A stretch of DNA of 64,000 nt from a virus (lineage: Duplodnaviria; Caudoviricetes): the IMG/VR virus record IMGVR_UViG_3300025133_000020; one strand, written 5' to 3'. Below are positions 56,022 to 64,000 of the stretch, piece after piece; position 1 is the stretch's first letter; each line of letters opens with the position of its first letter. The notes under the pieces were generated by a model. That model was given only the letters and a program-made list of their open reading frames with translations, was not told the DNA's origin and made no database searches. A program made the position numbers and the translations under genes.

Positions 56022-56497
56022 CAACAGAAACAAAAACTAACACGACAAGAGAAAGGGTCAATGACGACAATAGGTTCGAGTTTAATCTAACGATTAACGA
56101 TAACCTGATATGTCAAAGATTCTTCGCTATCAACTACTTCAAAAAGAAGAATATGCGTTTGGACAACGTAAAACCTTTGATGGATAGTTTGGTAGGGATG
56201 AACATCGACAAGTATGGTCGACATGGTATGATACCAACCTATCTTAGAGATAGGTCTAATGACTACCTATGGGGTAATTACCGATATTATGATGTGCAGA
56301 CTCCAGAGCAGATTGATAGGAGAAATGTATTTGAGAATGAAGATATAATAGGCTTCGAAATACGTTTTGATGATAAATTGGTTGCTAAGAGCGCTTTCAG
56401 TGGAAATTATTTCCCACCAAAGGTTCGATATAATATCGATATCAGAGGTATGATTCCTCAAATATTACATGAGATAAGGAAATCCTTCTCTCAATAG
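56018..56497 (+). CDS. Hypothetical protein in the replication cluster
   Basis: 159 aa; ATGA overlap with the exonuclease gene. Confidence 0.75.
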   Translation: MTTETKTNTTRERVNDDNRFEFNLTINDNLICQRFFAINYFKKKNMRLDNVKPLMDSLVGMNIDKYGRHGMIPTYLRDRSNDYLWGNYRYYDVQTPEQIDRRNVFENEDIIGFEIRFDDKLVAKSAFSGNYFPPKVRYNIDIRGMIPQILHEIRKSFSQ

Positions 56498-56526
56498 AAT
56501 AATGGCTACTAAACAAACAACAATAG

Positions 56527-58011
56527 ATGACAAAACAGAAAGATGGGTTCAACTACCTTGGATTGGAATTCCAAGAGAGATTACTAAAACAATTCTTAGA
56601 GGATAGAAAGTTCACTGAGCGTATAGTCGATATCATCGACCCTAATTACTTCACAGATGACCACTTAAGACTTATTGCGGTTACGATTAAGAATGCTCAC
56701 GAGCAACATGAGGCTATACCTGATGTTGGTAGTTTGAAAATGCGTATCAGCGCTAAGGTGGGGAGTGAGAGTACGCAGAAGATTATAATAGGTCAGATTG
56801 ACCGTGTAGTAGGCGCCAATGAAAATGATGCTCTATTCGTTCAGGATATGGCAGTTAAGTTCTGTAAACAACAGGAGTTAGTAAAGTCGGTAAGAGATAT
56901 TCAGAAGATTATTGATAGAGGTGATTTGGAAGATTATGACCAATGTGCTGACCTTATTAGACGAGCGTTGGAAGCTGGAGATTTAACTGAGGATGATACA
57001 AATGTGTTAGATGGGTTGGCAGAAGTGTTGTCAGCAGACTACAGGAAGCCCATATCTACGGGTATACTGGGACTTGACGAGTTAATGGATGGTGGACTAT
57101 CCAGAGGTGAGTTAGGTCTTATACTGGCTCCGTTTGGCGTTGGGAAGACCACAATGATTACCAAATTGGCTTCTGCGGCTAAAGAAGGTGGTAATAACGT
57201 ACTTCAGATTATTTTTGAGGATAACCCTAAAGTAATCAAGCGTAAGCACTTATCATGTTGGACTAAGATACCACTGAACGAGTTAGCTGATGAGCAATGG
57301 CGACCAAGACTGGAAGAGGAAATTAAGAGGCAGACCGAAAGTAAGGGTACTATCTTGATTAAGAAGTTCTCAAGTGATGGTATTACCATTCCTAAGATAC
57401 GTCAATATATCAAGAAGAAGATTTCACAAGGCTTCAGACCTGATATGATATTATTGGATTACATTGATTGCGTTCAACCATCCAAGGAGTTCAAGGATGT
57501 GTATGCTGGTGAGGGTAACGTGATGAGACAATATGAAACGTTATTGAGTGATTTCGATGTTGCTGGGTGGACTGCGGTTCAAGGTAATAGAAGCTCTATC
57601 GGTGCCGAAGTAGTTGAAGCTGACCAAATGGGTGGCTCAATCAAGAAAGGACAGATAGGTCACTTCATTGTGAGTATAGCAAAAACTAATATTCAGAAAG
57701 AAACGGGCACAGCAACTATGGCAATCCTTAAATCTAGGTTTGGTAAGGATGGTATCATATTCCACGATATTACGTTTGATAACGCCACTATTCAAATTGA
57801 CGTTACTAAAAATAATAGTGGTCAGTCATTCATGCAAAATAACGTAGAAAAAGCTGCCGATGCTCAAGATAAAATCAGTGCTGTTATGACAGCCGTTAGC
57901 GATAGGAAAAGAGAAGAGGATAGAGTGAAGATGGAAGAGGATAGGGTGAAGATGAGGGCTGACGAAAATAATATTGGGGTTGACCAACCTGAGACTGAGG
58001 ACGTTACATAA
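56527..58011 (+). CDS. dnaB: Replicative DNA helicase (DnaB/gp41-like)
   Basis: APFGVGKTT, LLDYIDC, WTAVQGNR, ILKSRFG. Confidence 0.93.
   Translation: MTKQKDGFNYLGLEFQERLLKQFLEDRKFTERIVDIIDPNYFTDDHLRLIAVTIKNAHEQHEAIPDVGSLKMRISAKVGSESTQKIIIGQIDRVVGANENDALFVQDMAVKFCKQQELVKSVRDIQKIIDRGDLEDYDQCADLIRRALEAGDLTEDDTNVLDGLAEVLSADYRKPISTGILGLDELMDGGLSRGELGLILAPFGVGKTTMITKLASAAKEGGNNVLQIIFEDNPKVIKRKHLSCWTKIPLNELADEQWRPRLEEEIKRQTESKGTILIKKFSSDGITIPKIRQYIKKKISQGFRPDMILLDYIDCVQPSKEFKDVYAGEGNVMRQYETLLSDFDVAGWTAVQGNRSSIGAEVVEADQMGGSIKKGQIGHFIVSIAKTNIQKETGTATMAILKSRFGKDGIIFHDITFDNATIQIDVTKNNSGQSFMQNNVEKAADAQDKISAVMTAVSDRKREEDRVKMEEDRVKMRADENNIGVDQPETEDVT
57913..57954 (+). repeat. 21-bp tandem duplication (EEDRVKM x2)
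   Basis: gaagaggatagagtgaagatg / gaagaggatagggtgaagatg. Confidence 0.95.
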
Positions 58012-58026
58012 GATAGGAAAATAATG

Positions 58027-58057
58027 GGGTGGTTTAATGTCGAGCCACCCTATTTAT
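58027..58057 (+). promoter_or_regulatory. Hairpin abutting a TATTTAT motif before gp25
   Basis: gggtggtt...agccaccc stem (58027-58050) followed directly by TATTTAT (58051-58057). Confidence 0.5.
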
Positions 58058-58074
58058 ATTAAAGACATTCAAAA

Positions 58075-58461
58075 GTGGCACAAGGCAAATATATAAATAT
58101 CGATTATCCGTTTAAGGATAGTGACAAGGGGTTTTTACTGCAACTGAACGATACAGATTCAGGGGCGATTAAAGCTGACTTAATGCACTTAATTCTGACC
58201 CAGAAGGGTCAACGGTTATATATGCCTGATTTTGGTACTGATTTAATGAAGTATATTTTTGAACCTAACGATGCTAAAACATTATCGGAGATAAAATTGG
58301 ATATTCAACAAACTGTAAAAAAGTACATTCCCAACCTTACTGTTAACGAGGTTGAGGTCAATCAAGAAACCAATAACGAACACAAAGCTACTATAAGAAT
58401 CGATTATACAATCACCGAAGATGTCTTCGTTGAAACAGACTTTGTGGTCATAAATATTTAA
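58075..58461 (+). CDS. Baseplate wedge/sheath initiator (gp25-like)
   Basis: IKADLMHLILTQKGQRLYMPDFGT.L..YIFEP...YIP. Confidence 0.92.
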   Translation: MAQGKYINIDYPFKDSDKGFLLQLNDTDSGAIKADLMHLILTQKGQRLYMPDFGTDLMKYIFEPNDAKTLSEIKLDIQQTVKKYIPNLTVNEVEVNQETNNEHKATIRIDYTITEDVFVETDFVVINI

Positions 58462-58559
58462 GTAAAAACCCTATATCTCTTTGATATAGCTATGTCTTAT
58501 TGTTTCCACTAAGTCCATTAAATTAGAAAGTTAAAAAAGTTAAAAAAATAGAATTAAAC

Positions 58560-60566
58560 ATGGATTTATCAAGTAGTATTATGTCCGACATTACAGTGTA
58601 TATGAAGTACGCTAAATATGTACCCCACTTACAGAGAAGAGAAACTTGGGAAGAGTTGGTAACAAGAAACAAAGAAATGCACCAACGCAAGTATTCTCAC
58701 ATCGCTGACGAAATAGAAGAAGCCTACAAGCTGGTGTACGACAAGAAAGTTTTACCTTCAATGAGAAGCTTACAGTTTGGCGGCAAGCCAATCGAAATCA
58801 GTCCTAACAGGATTTATAATTGTGCGTACCTGCCAATAGACCACTGGAAAGCATTCAGTGAAACAATGTTCCTATTATTAGGCGGCACAGGAGTAGGATA
58901 CTCAGTACAACGTCATCACGTTGAACGCCTACCAGAAATAAGAAAACCTAACGCTAACAGACGAAGACGCTACCTAATCGGAGATTCGATAGAAGGATGG
59001 GCTGACGCAATCAAAATATTAATGAGAGCATACTTTGAAGGTATGTCAACTCCAGATTTTGATTTCTCAGATATACGTAAGAAAGGTGCCGCATTGGTTA
59101 CCAGTGGTGGCAAAGCGCCAGGACCGCAACCATTAAAGGATTGTGTTCACAACATCAGAAAGATTCTGGATACCAAAGAAGATGGTGACCAATTATCAAC
59201 ATTAGAGGTACATGATATTATCTGTTATATTGCTGATGCGGTATTGGCAGGTGGTATTCGTAGAGCAGCGTTGATTTCATTATTCTCAATGGATGATGAG
59301 GATATGCTTACCTGTAAATTCGGTAAGTGGTACGAGCTTAACCCACAAAGAGGTAGAGCAAATAATTCAGCAGTTATGCTTAGACATAAAATCACTGAAG
59401 ATAAGTTCTTCGATTTATGGAAGAAAGTAGAGGAAAGTGATGCTGGAGAACCAGGAGTTTACTTCTCAAACGATAAGGATTGGGGAACCAACCCATGTTG
59501 TGAAATAGGGCTAAGACCTAACCAATTCTGTAATTTGAACGAGATTAATGCTTCAAATATCACATCCCAAGCTGATTTGGAGAATAGAGTTAGAGTAGCA
59601 GCCTTCATAGGGACGTTACAAGCGGGTTACACGGACTTTCATTACTTACGTGATGTCTGGAAGCGTACAACAGAAAAGGATGCCTTAGTGGGTGTAGGAA
59701 TGACTGGTATCGGTTCAGGTGAAGTTCTTAAGTATGACTTAGCACTTGCGGCTGAGGCAGTTAAGGGAGAAAATGCTAGAGTCGCTAAGTTGATTGGTAT
59801 CAATCCAGCAGCTAGAACTACAACAGTTAAACCATCTGGAACCAGTTCATTGGTTCTTGGTACCTCTTCAGGTATTCACGCTTGGCACAATGATTATTAC
59901 ATTCGTAGAATCAGAGTAGGTAAGAATGAGTCAATTTATACGTATCTTCAGATATATCACCCAGAGTTGATTGAGGATGAGTACTTTAGACCGAACGACC
60001 AAGCTGTTATTTCTGTTCCTCAGAAAGCACCAGAGGGTTCAATCTTCCGACATGAATCACCAATGGATTTACTCAATAGAGTTAAGAAGTTCAATACTGA
60101 ATGGGTAGCTAATGGTCATATAGATGGTCAGAATACTCATAACGTATCGGTAACGGCATCCATCAAGAAAGAACCTGAGATGATTTCTGTTAAGGGTGAA
60201 GACGGTAAACCTATTAAGGGAGCCGAAGGTAAGGTTATTCTTGAACCTAAGAAGGATGAAGAGGGTAATATCATTTACAGAGTCAACGAGTGGGGCGCTG
60301 TAGGAGAATGGATGTGGGCTAACCGTGATACTTTCAATGGTATAGCAGTTCTTCCGTTCAATGGTGGAAGTTATATTCAAGCCCCTTTTGAGGACTGTAC
60401 CAAGGAAGTATACGAAGAAATGAGTAAGTCACTTCATAGTGTAGACCTTAGTAAAGTAATCGAGATTGACGACAACACAGATTTATCTGGAGAATTAGCT
60501 TGCAGTGGTGGTGGCGGTTGTGAGGTAGATATCGACATGTCTTCATTGTTAGAGGATAACTCATAG
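58560..60566 (+). CDS. nrdJ: Class II (B12-dependent, monomeric RTPR-type) ribonucleotide reductase
   Basis: IYNCAY, GGTGVG, GGIRRAA, TNPCCEI, FCNL.E, KPSGT; C-terminal Cys pair ACSGGGGCE. Confidence 0.93.
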   Translation: MDLSSSIMSDITVYMKYAKYVPHLQRRETWEELVTRNKEMHQRKYSHIADEIEEAYKLVYDKKVLPSMRSLQFGGKPIEISPNRIYNCAYLPIDHWKAFSETMFLLLGGTGVGYSVQRHHVERLPEIRKPNANRRRRYLIGDSIEGWADAIKILMRAYFEGMSTPDFDFSDIRKKGAALVTSGGKAPGPQPLKDCVHNIRKILDTKEDGDQLSTLEVHDIICYIADAVLAGGIRRAALISLFSMDDEDMLTCKFGKWYELNPQRGRANNSAVMLRHKITEDKFFDLWKKVEESDAGEPGVYFSNDKDWGTNPCCEIGLRPNQFCNLNEINASNITSQADLENRVRVAAFIGTLQAGYTDFHYLRDVWKRTTEKDALVGVGMTGIGSGEVLKYDLALAAEAVKGENARVAKLIGINPAARTTTVKPSGTSSLVLGTSSGIHAWHNDYYIRRIRVGKNESIYTYLQIYHPELIEDEYFRPNDQAVISVPQKAPEGSIFRHESPMDLLNRVKKFNTEWVANGHIDGQNTHNVSVTASIKKEPEMISVKGEDGKPIKGAEGKVILEPKKDEEGNIIYRVNEWGAVGEWMWANRDTFNGIAVLPFNGGSYIQAPFEDCTKEVYEEMSKSLHSVDLSKVIEIDDNTDLSGELACSGGGGCEVDIDMSSLLEDNS

Positions 60567-61506
60567 GGAAACCTAACAGTTAATAATGAGAAAGTGGTCA
60601 TCCGACCACTTTTTTTTTTGTCTTTTACTTTACTTCACACTATTTATAGTTATAATACTAAGATAAATGTGAAGTGATGAGTAAAAAAATAGATATGATA
60701 GATAAAAAATTTGGTAGGTTAACGGTTATTAGTGAGCATTCCAAAACTAGAAACGGGCATATACGATACGCTTGTGAATGTGAGTGTGGTAACAGTACCA
60801 ACGTATTAGGTACCCATCTTAGGCAAGGTAATACTATATCATGTGGGTGTGCTATACCTATAGGTAAAGCCAGAACTGATTGGACGGGGGTTGGTGAAAT
60901 GTCAGGCGCTTTTTGGGCTACGCATGTGGTTACTAGCGCTAGCGGTAATAAAGGTAGTAGGAGAGAATTACCATTAACGATAACAAAGGAAGATGCTTGG
61001 GATTTATTCTTAAAGCAGGGTAGAAAGTGTGCATTGAGTGGTATTGAATTGAAGTTTCCCGAAAGACATAATGATAGGTCGTGGACAGCTTCTTTGGATA
61101 GGATAGACTCGTCTGAGGGTTACATAGAAGGTAACGTTCAATGGTTACATAAGGACGTTAATATGATGAAACGCACCTACACCCAAGAACATTTTGTTAA
61201 AATGTGTGAATTGATTTCAGATAACTTAACTGACCTACCTGAAGAATCTAGCGTTAGAGGTAAATTAGTGCATCTTGCGTCAATCACGTATTTACATGGT
61301 TTAATATTTGAAAATTTCGAGGATTCGGATATGATAAAGGGTAAACTACAGAACGAATTGAATACACACTTAAATTTTGAGACTAAGATTGGTAATGTTA
61401 ATTGGGAAAATAGTATATTGAGTGGTGATATCTATTACAAACCAGTGGAAGGGGGTGAAAAATATATGGTATCAACGTTTACCGTTGTTAATACTGGGGT
61501 GATAGC
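60501..61506 (+). mobile_element. Homing-endonuclease insertion carrying a replacement nrdJ 3' end
   Basis: The unit is new nrdJ end, terminator, TATTTAT (60641), then the HNH ORF. The old nrdJ end resumes at 61507. The left boundary is approximate. Confidence 0.75.
60591..60619 (+). terminator. Intrinsic terminator after nrdJ (inside the element)
   Basis: aaagtggtc-atcc-gaccacttt plus T-run. Confidence 0.85.
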
Positions 61507-61510
61507 GTAG
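60674..61510 (+). CDS. HNH/His-Me finger homing endonuclease with extra C-terminal domain
   Basis: N-terminal KFGRLTV...CECECGN...SCGC; catalytic-type SLDRIDSSEGYIEGNVQWLHKDVNMMK. Confidence 0.8.
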   Translation: MMSKKIDMIDKKFGRLTVISEHSKTRNGHIRYACECECGNSTNVLGTHLRQGNTISCGCAIPIGKARTDWTGVGEMSGAFWATHVVTSASGNKGSRRELPLTITKEDAWDLFLKQGRKCALSGIELKFPERHNDRSWTASLDRIDSSEGYIEGNVQWLHKDVNMMKRTYTQEHFVKMCELISDNLTDLPEESSVRGKLVHLASITYLHGLIFENFEDSDMIKGKLQNELNTHLNFETKIGNVNWENSILSGDIYYKPVEGGEKYMVSTFTVVNTGVIA

Positions 61511-61565
61511 CGGTGGGGCTTGTGAGGTAGATGTTGATATGAGTTCTTTATTGGAAGGAGAGTAA
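61507..61565 (+). pseudogene. nrdJ: Orphaned original 3' end of nrdJ
   Basis: Encodes SGGACEVDVDMSSLLEGE*, versus the current end SGGGGCEVDIDMSSLLEDNS*; 13-bp exact match ttgtgaggtagat. Confidence 0.9.
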
Positions 61566-61585
61566 ATATAGTATCATATTAAGTG

Positions 61586-61612
61586 AAAGGTGGGCTTGTC
61601 CCACCTTTTTTT
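61586..61612 (+). terminator. Intrinsic terminator (probably the original nrdJ terminator)
   Basis: aaaggtggg-cttgt-cccaccttt plus T-run. Confidence 0.85.
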
Positions 61613-61679
61613 GTGTTCTAACTATTTAGTTTTCGTAAATAATGTGTTAATTGATATTTATTACTAAGAACGAAAAACT

Positions 61680-63500
61680 ATGGCTCGAAAAATACCTTAT
61701 TTTGCCCGAAACTTTGCCGACATTAGAACCGAACTGGTTAATTATGTTAGGCAATACTACCCAGATATATTCAATGACTTCAACGATGCGTCCGTTGGTA
61801 TGATGCTACTGGAATTGAACGCTGCTACTGGTGACATGTTATCATTTCACACGGACAGAATGTTCCAAGAAACTCAAATTAATTACGCACAAGAACGGTC
61901 AAGCGTATTATCAATGGCTCGTACATTCGGGCTTAAAATTCCAGGTAAAAGACCATCAGTAAGTATAGTAGATTTCAGTGTAACCGTTCCAGTATTGGGT
62001 GATACGTGGGATATTAGTTACGCACCAGTAATTAGAGAAGGGGCACAAGTATCTGGCGCTGGAAAGGTATTCGAAACCTCAGATGATATAGATTTCTCAT
62101 CTCCGTTTGCATCAGGTGGTATACCAAATAGGTTAATTATACCTAATTTGGATAGTTCAAACAATATAGTTAATTACACCATAACCAAACGAGAGATGGT
62201 TATTAATGGTGTGACTAAGATATTCAAACGAGTGATGACGGAAAATGATGTAAGACCTTTCTTCGAATTATTACTACCTGAGACAAACGTTATATCTATT
62301 AATTCGATTGTTACACTTGAAGGAACCGATTTTACTACCACACCTACCATTGACCAATTTTTGGATAGTGAGTTAAGGTGGTTTGAAATGAACGCACTGG
62401 CAGAAGATAAGGTTTTTGTTAAAGATAATACACTTACCAGCGATAACACTTCAGTTGAGGTTGGTAGATGGGTTAAGGTAGACCAGCGATTTATTCGTGA
62501 GTATACCGATAATGGTTTTACAAAATTGATTTTCGGTGGTGGTTCCCAAGATATAGGGTCATTATGTGATTTCGATGTTGACGCAGCGTTGGTAAGTAGA
62601 ATCGGGGACTTCATTAATAATCTAAGTATGGGTACAACACCAAGCCCAAGCACTACTATGTTCGTAAGTTATAGAGTTGGTGGTGGTGCCGATACAAACA
62701 TAGGACCTAACGTTCTAACTACAGTTAATAATGTTAATATGTCCGTAAATGGGGTCGACTCAACTATAAATCAAGCGGTTAGAGGTTCATTGGAAGTTAA
62801 TAACCCACTACCAGCTTTAGGTGGTAAAGACGAACCATCAGTAGAAGAGATACGTAACTTAACACGTTACAATTTCGCTTCACAGGAGAGATGTGTAACA
62901 ATCAAGGACTACCAATCAAGAATTGCCTTGATGGATGGTGAGTTCGGGGTACCGTTCAGAACAGGTGTATTGGAAAATCAGAATAAGGTTGCGATTTATA
63001 TACTATCATTAGGTAGTGATGGGACGTTGACTAATCAGTCCACTAGCACGTTAAGACGTAATATAGCCACTTATTTGAGTGATTATAGGATGATGAATGA
63101 TTATGTGGAAGTAACTAACGGTCAAGTCATTAACTTAGCATTCGAATTGGGGTTATACATAGACAAGGAGTTCCCCCAAAGTCAAATCATAGCGGAATCC
63201 ATTAGTCAAATACAAAATTATTTTGATATCGATAATTGGGATATGGGTCAGAACATCTACATGAGTCAACTGATTGAGAATATCAATAATGTTGGTGGTG
63301 TATTAAACGTTATGGAGTTGAAAGTTTTCAATAAGGTGGGTGATGGATATTCCTTGAATCAAATAGCTCAACCATTATTGGATGAAGCCACAAAAGAGAT
63401 TGATTTGGCGCCTAACTACGCATTAATGGGTAGCCCTATAAGTATGTTTGAGATTAAGAGACCTAGCGTGGATATTCGCGTCCGTGTCAAGACTAATTAA
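61680..63500 (+). CDS. Baseplate wedge subunit (gp6-like)
   Basis: RNFADIRTEL..Y...DFNDASVGMMLLEL.A..GD.LSF...YRVGGG...GGKDEPS.EEIR...Q.R.VT..DY; GATATTTATTACTA at 61653. Confidence 0.9.
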   Translation: MARKIPYFARNFADIRTELVNYVRQYYPDIFNDFNDASVGMMLLELNAATGDMLSFHTDRMFQETQINYAQERSSVLSMARTFGLKIPGKRPSVSIVDFSVTVPVLGDTWDISYAPVIREGAQVSGAGKVFETSDDIDFSSPFASGGIPNRLIIPNLDSSNNIVNYTITKREMVINGVTKIFKRVMTENDVRPFFELLLPETNVISINSIVTLEGTDFTTTPTIDQFLDSELRWFEMNALAEDKVFVKDNTLTSDNTSVEVGRWVKVDQRFIREYTDNGFTKLIFGGGSQDIGSLCDFDVDAALVSRIGDFINNLSMGTTPSPSTTMFVSYRVGGGADTNIGPNVLTTVNNVNMSVNGVDSTINQAVRGSLEVNNPLPALGGKDEPSVEEIRNLTRYNFASQERCVTIKDYQSRIALMDGEFGVPFRTGVLENQNKVAIYILSLGSDGTLTNQSTSTLRRNIATYLSDYRMMNDYVEVTNGQVINLAFELGLYIDKEFPQSQIIAESISQIQNYFDIDNWDMGQNIYMSQLIENINNVGGVLNVMELKVFNKVGDGYSLNQIAQPLLDEATKEIDLAPNYALMGSPISMFEIKRPSVDIRVRVKTN

Positions 63501-63551
63501 ATCAAACATTAATGTTGTTTTTAGTGATAACCACCTATTTATGATAAACGA

Positions 63552-64000
63552 ATGACGATGAATTGTATTAAATGTGGTGGTAAGGTAACGAAGTTTGGTA
63601 AAATAAATAAGAGGCAGAGGTATCGATGTGGTAATTGTGATATTACGTTTACCGATACCTCTTTGATTAAAATTAAGGAGCGAAAGCTTAAATATGAAAA
63701 AATTGTAGATATGTATACCATAAGTGGTATGTCAACAACTGAAATAGGTAAGGTGTTAGGTACTTCATCTACGGTACCACAAAGAATATTAAAAGGTATG
63801 GGTATTACTAGAACTATAAGTGAAGCTAAGAAGGGTAAGTTAAGGGGTACTTCATTACCCACAGATAAAATAATAAGATTGTATTGCGAGGGTACTCCAA
63901 CAACAAAAATAGCTAAAGATTTGGGTTATTCGAAGACTTCTATTTTAAAAGTGCTCATGAGTAATAATATACCTAGAGATAACGAGTATGAATATCACCA
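63552..64000 (+). CDS. Partial Zn-ribbon plus tandem HTH protein, probable selfish nuclease or transposase-like gene
   Basis: Manual translation MTMNCIKCGG...RYRCGNC...MSTTEIGKVLG...TTKIAKDLGYSKTSI, open to the window end; TATTTAT at 63536. Confidence 0.6.
   Translation, partial: MTMNCIKCGGKVTKFGKINKRQRYRCGNCDITFTDTSLIKIKERKLKYEKIVDMYTISGMSTTEIGKVLGTSSTVPQRILKGMGITRTISEAKKGKLRGTSLPTDKIIRLYCEGTPTTKIAKDLGYSKTSILKVLMSNNIPRDNEYEYH

Noticed and set aside
58462-58559. Cobalamin riboswitch or NrdR boxes upstream of nrdJ
   Set aside because: The gap is 98 nt, AT-rich, with only a small hairpin; no recognisable riboswitch core or tandem NrdR box.
17950-60566. Inteins or group I introns in polB, SNF2, recA, dnaB or nrdJ
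   Set aside because: Catalytic motifs have normal spacing in uninterrupted ORFs; no splice-junction or LAGLIDADG signatures seen.
1-64000. Stop-codon reassignment (as in some large phages)
   Set aside because: Conserved genes translate full length in code 11, and TAA, TAG and TGA all end recognisable genes.
1-64000. Short antisense and alternate-frame ORFs in the track (e.g. 18..269, 1376..1639, 10441..10758, 63539..63862)
   Set aside because: They shadow longer motif-bearing genes and have compositions expected from GGT/AAT-rich codon bias.
1-64000. tRNA or rRNA genes
   Set aside because: Intergenic gaps are short and none shows a cloverleaf or rRNA signature by eye.

Overview
This 64 kb is part of a large, AT-rich, T4-like contractile-tailed phage genome (jumbo-type myovirus). 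It is not bacterial chromosome. Structural and replication genes are interleaved. The order is: Ser/Thr/Gly-rich virion proteins; four mosaic tail-fibre-like paralogs with a glycosyltransferase plus sulfotransferase pair in their middle; family-B DNA polymerase; a minus-strand island (neck protein, glutaredoxin, SNF2 helicase); neck and tail-completion genes; sheath, tube, tail chaperone and tape measure; large baseplate proteins carrying peptidoglycan-acting domains; gp32-like SSB, RecA/UvsX, 5'-3' exonuclease, DnaB; gp25; class II RNR; gp6. Three probable selfish endonuclease genes are present. Promoters of the form TTG-N20-TAnnTTYG and the absence of Shine-Dalgarno motifs point to a Bacteroidota host (inference). 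The strongest leads are: (1) an HNH element that inserted at the RNR C-terminal cysteine motif, supplied a replacement gene end and left the old end orphaned downstream; (2) a candidate virion glycosylation/sulfation system (GT + sulfotransferase + a recurrent [S/T]-G-x-T motif in virion proteins); (3) a +1/-2 programmed frameshift in the tail chaperone; (4) a TATTTAT late-promoter-like motif that is the reverse complement of the T4 late box; (5) an orphan promoter with G-tracts and hairpins, a candidate origin or ncRNA; (6) recombined fibre paralogs. All product calls come from motifs recognised by eye; no database searches were run.
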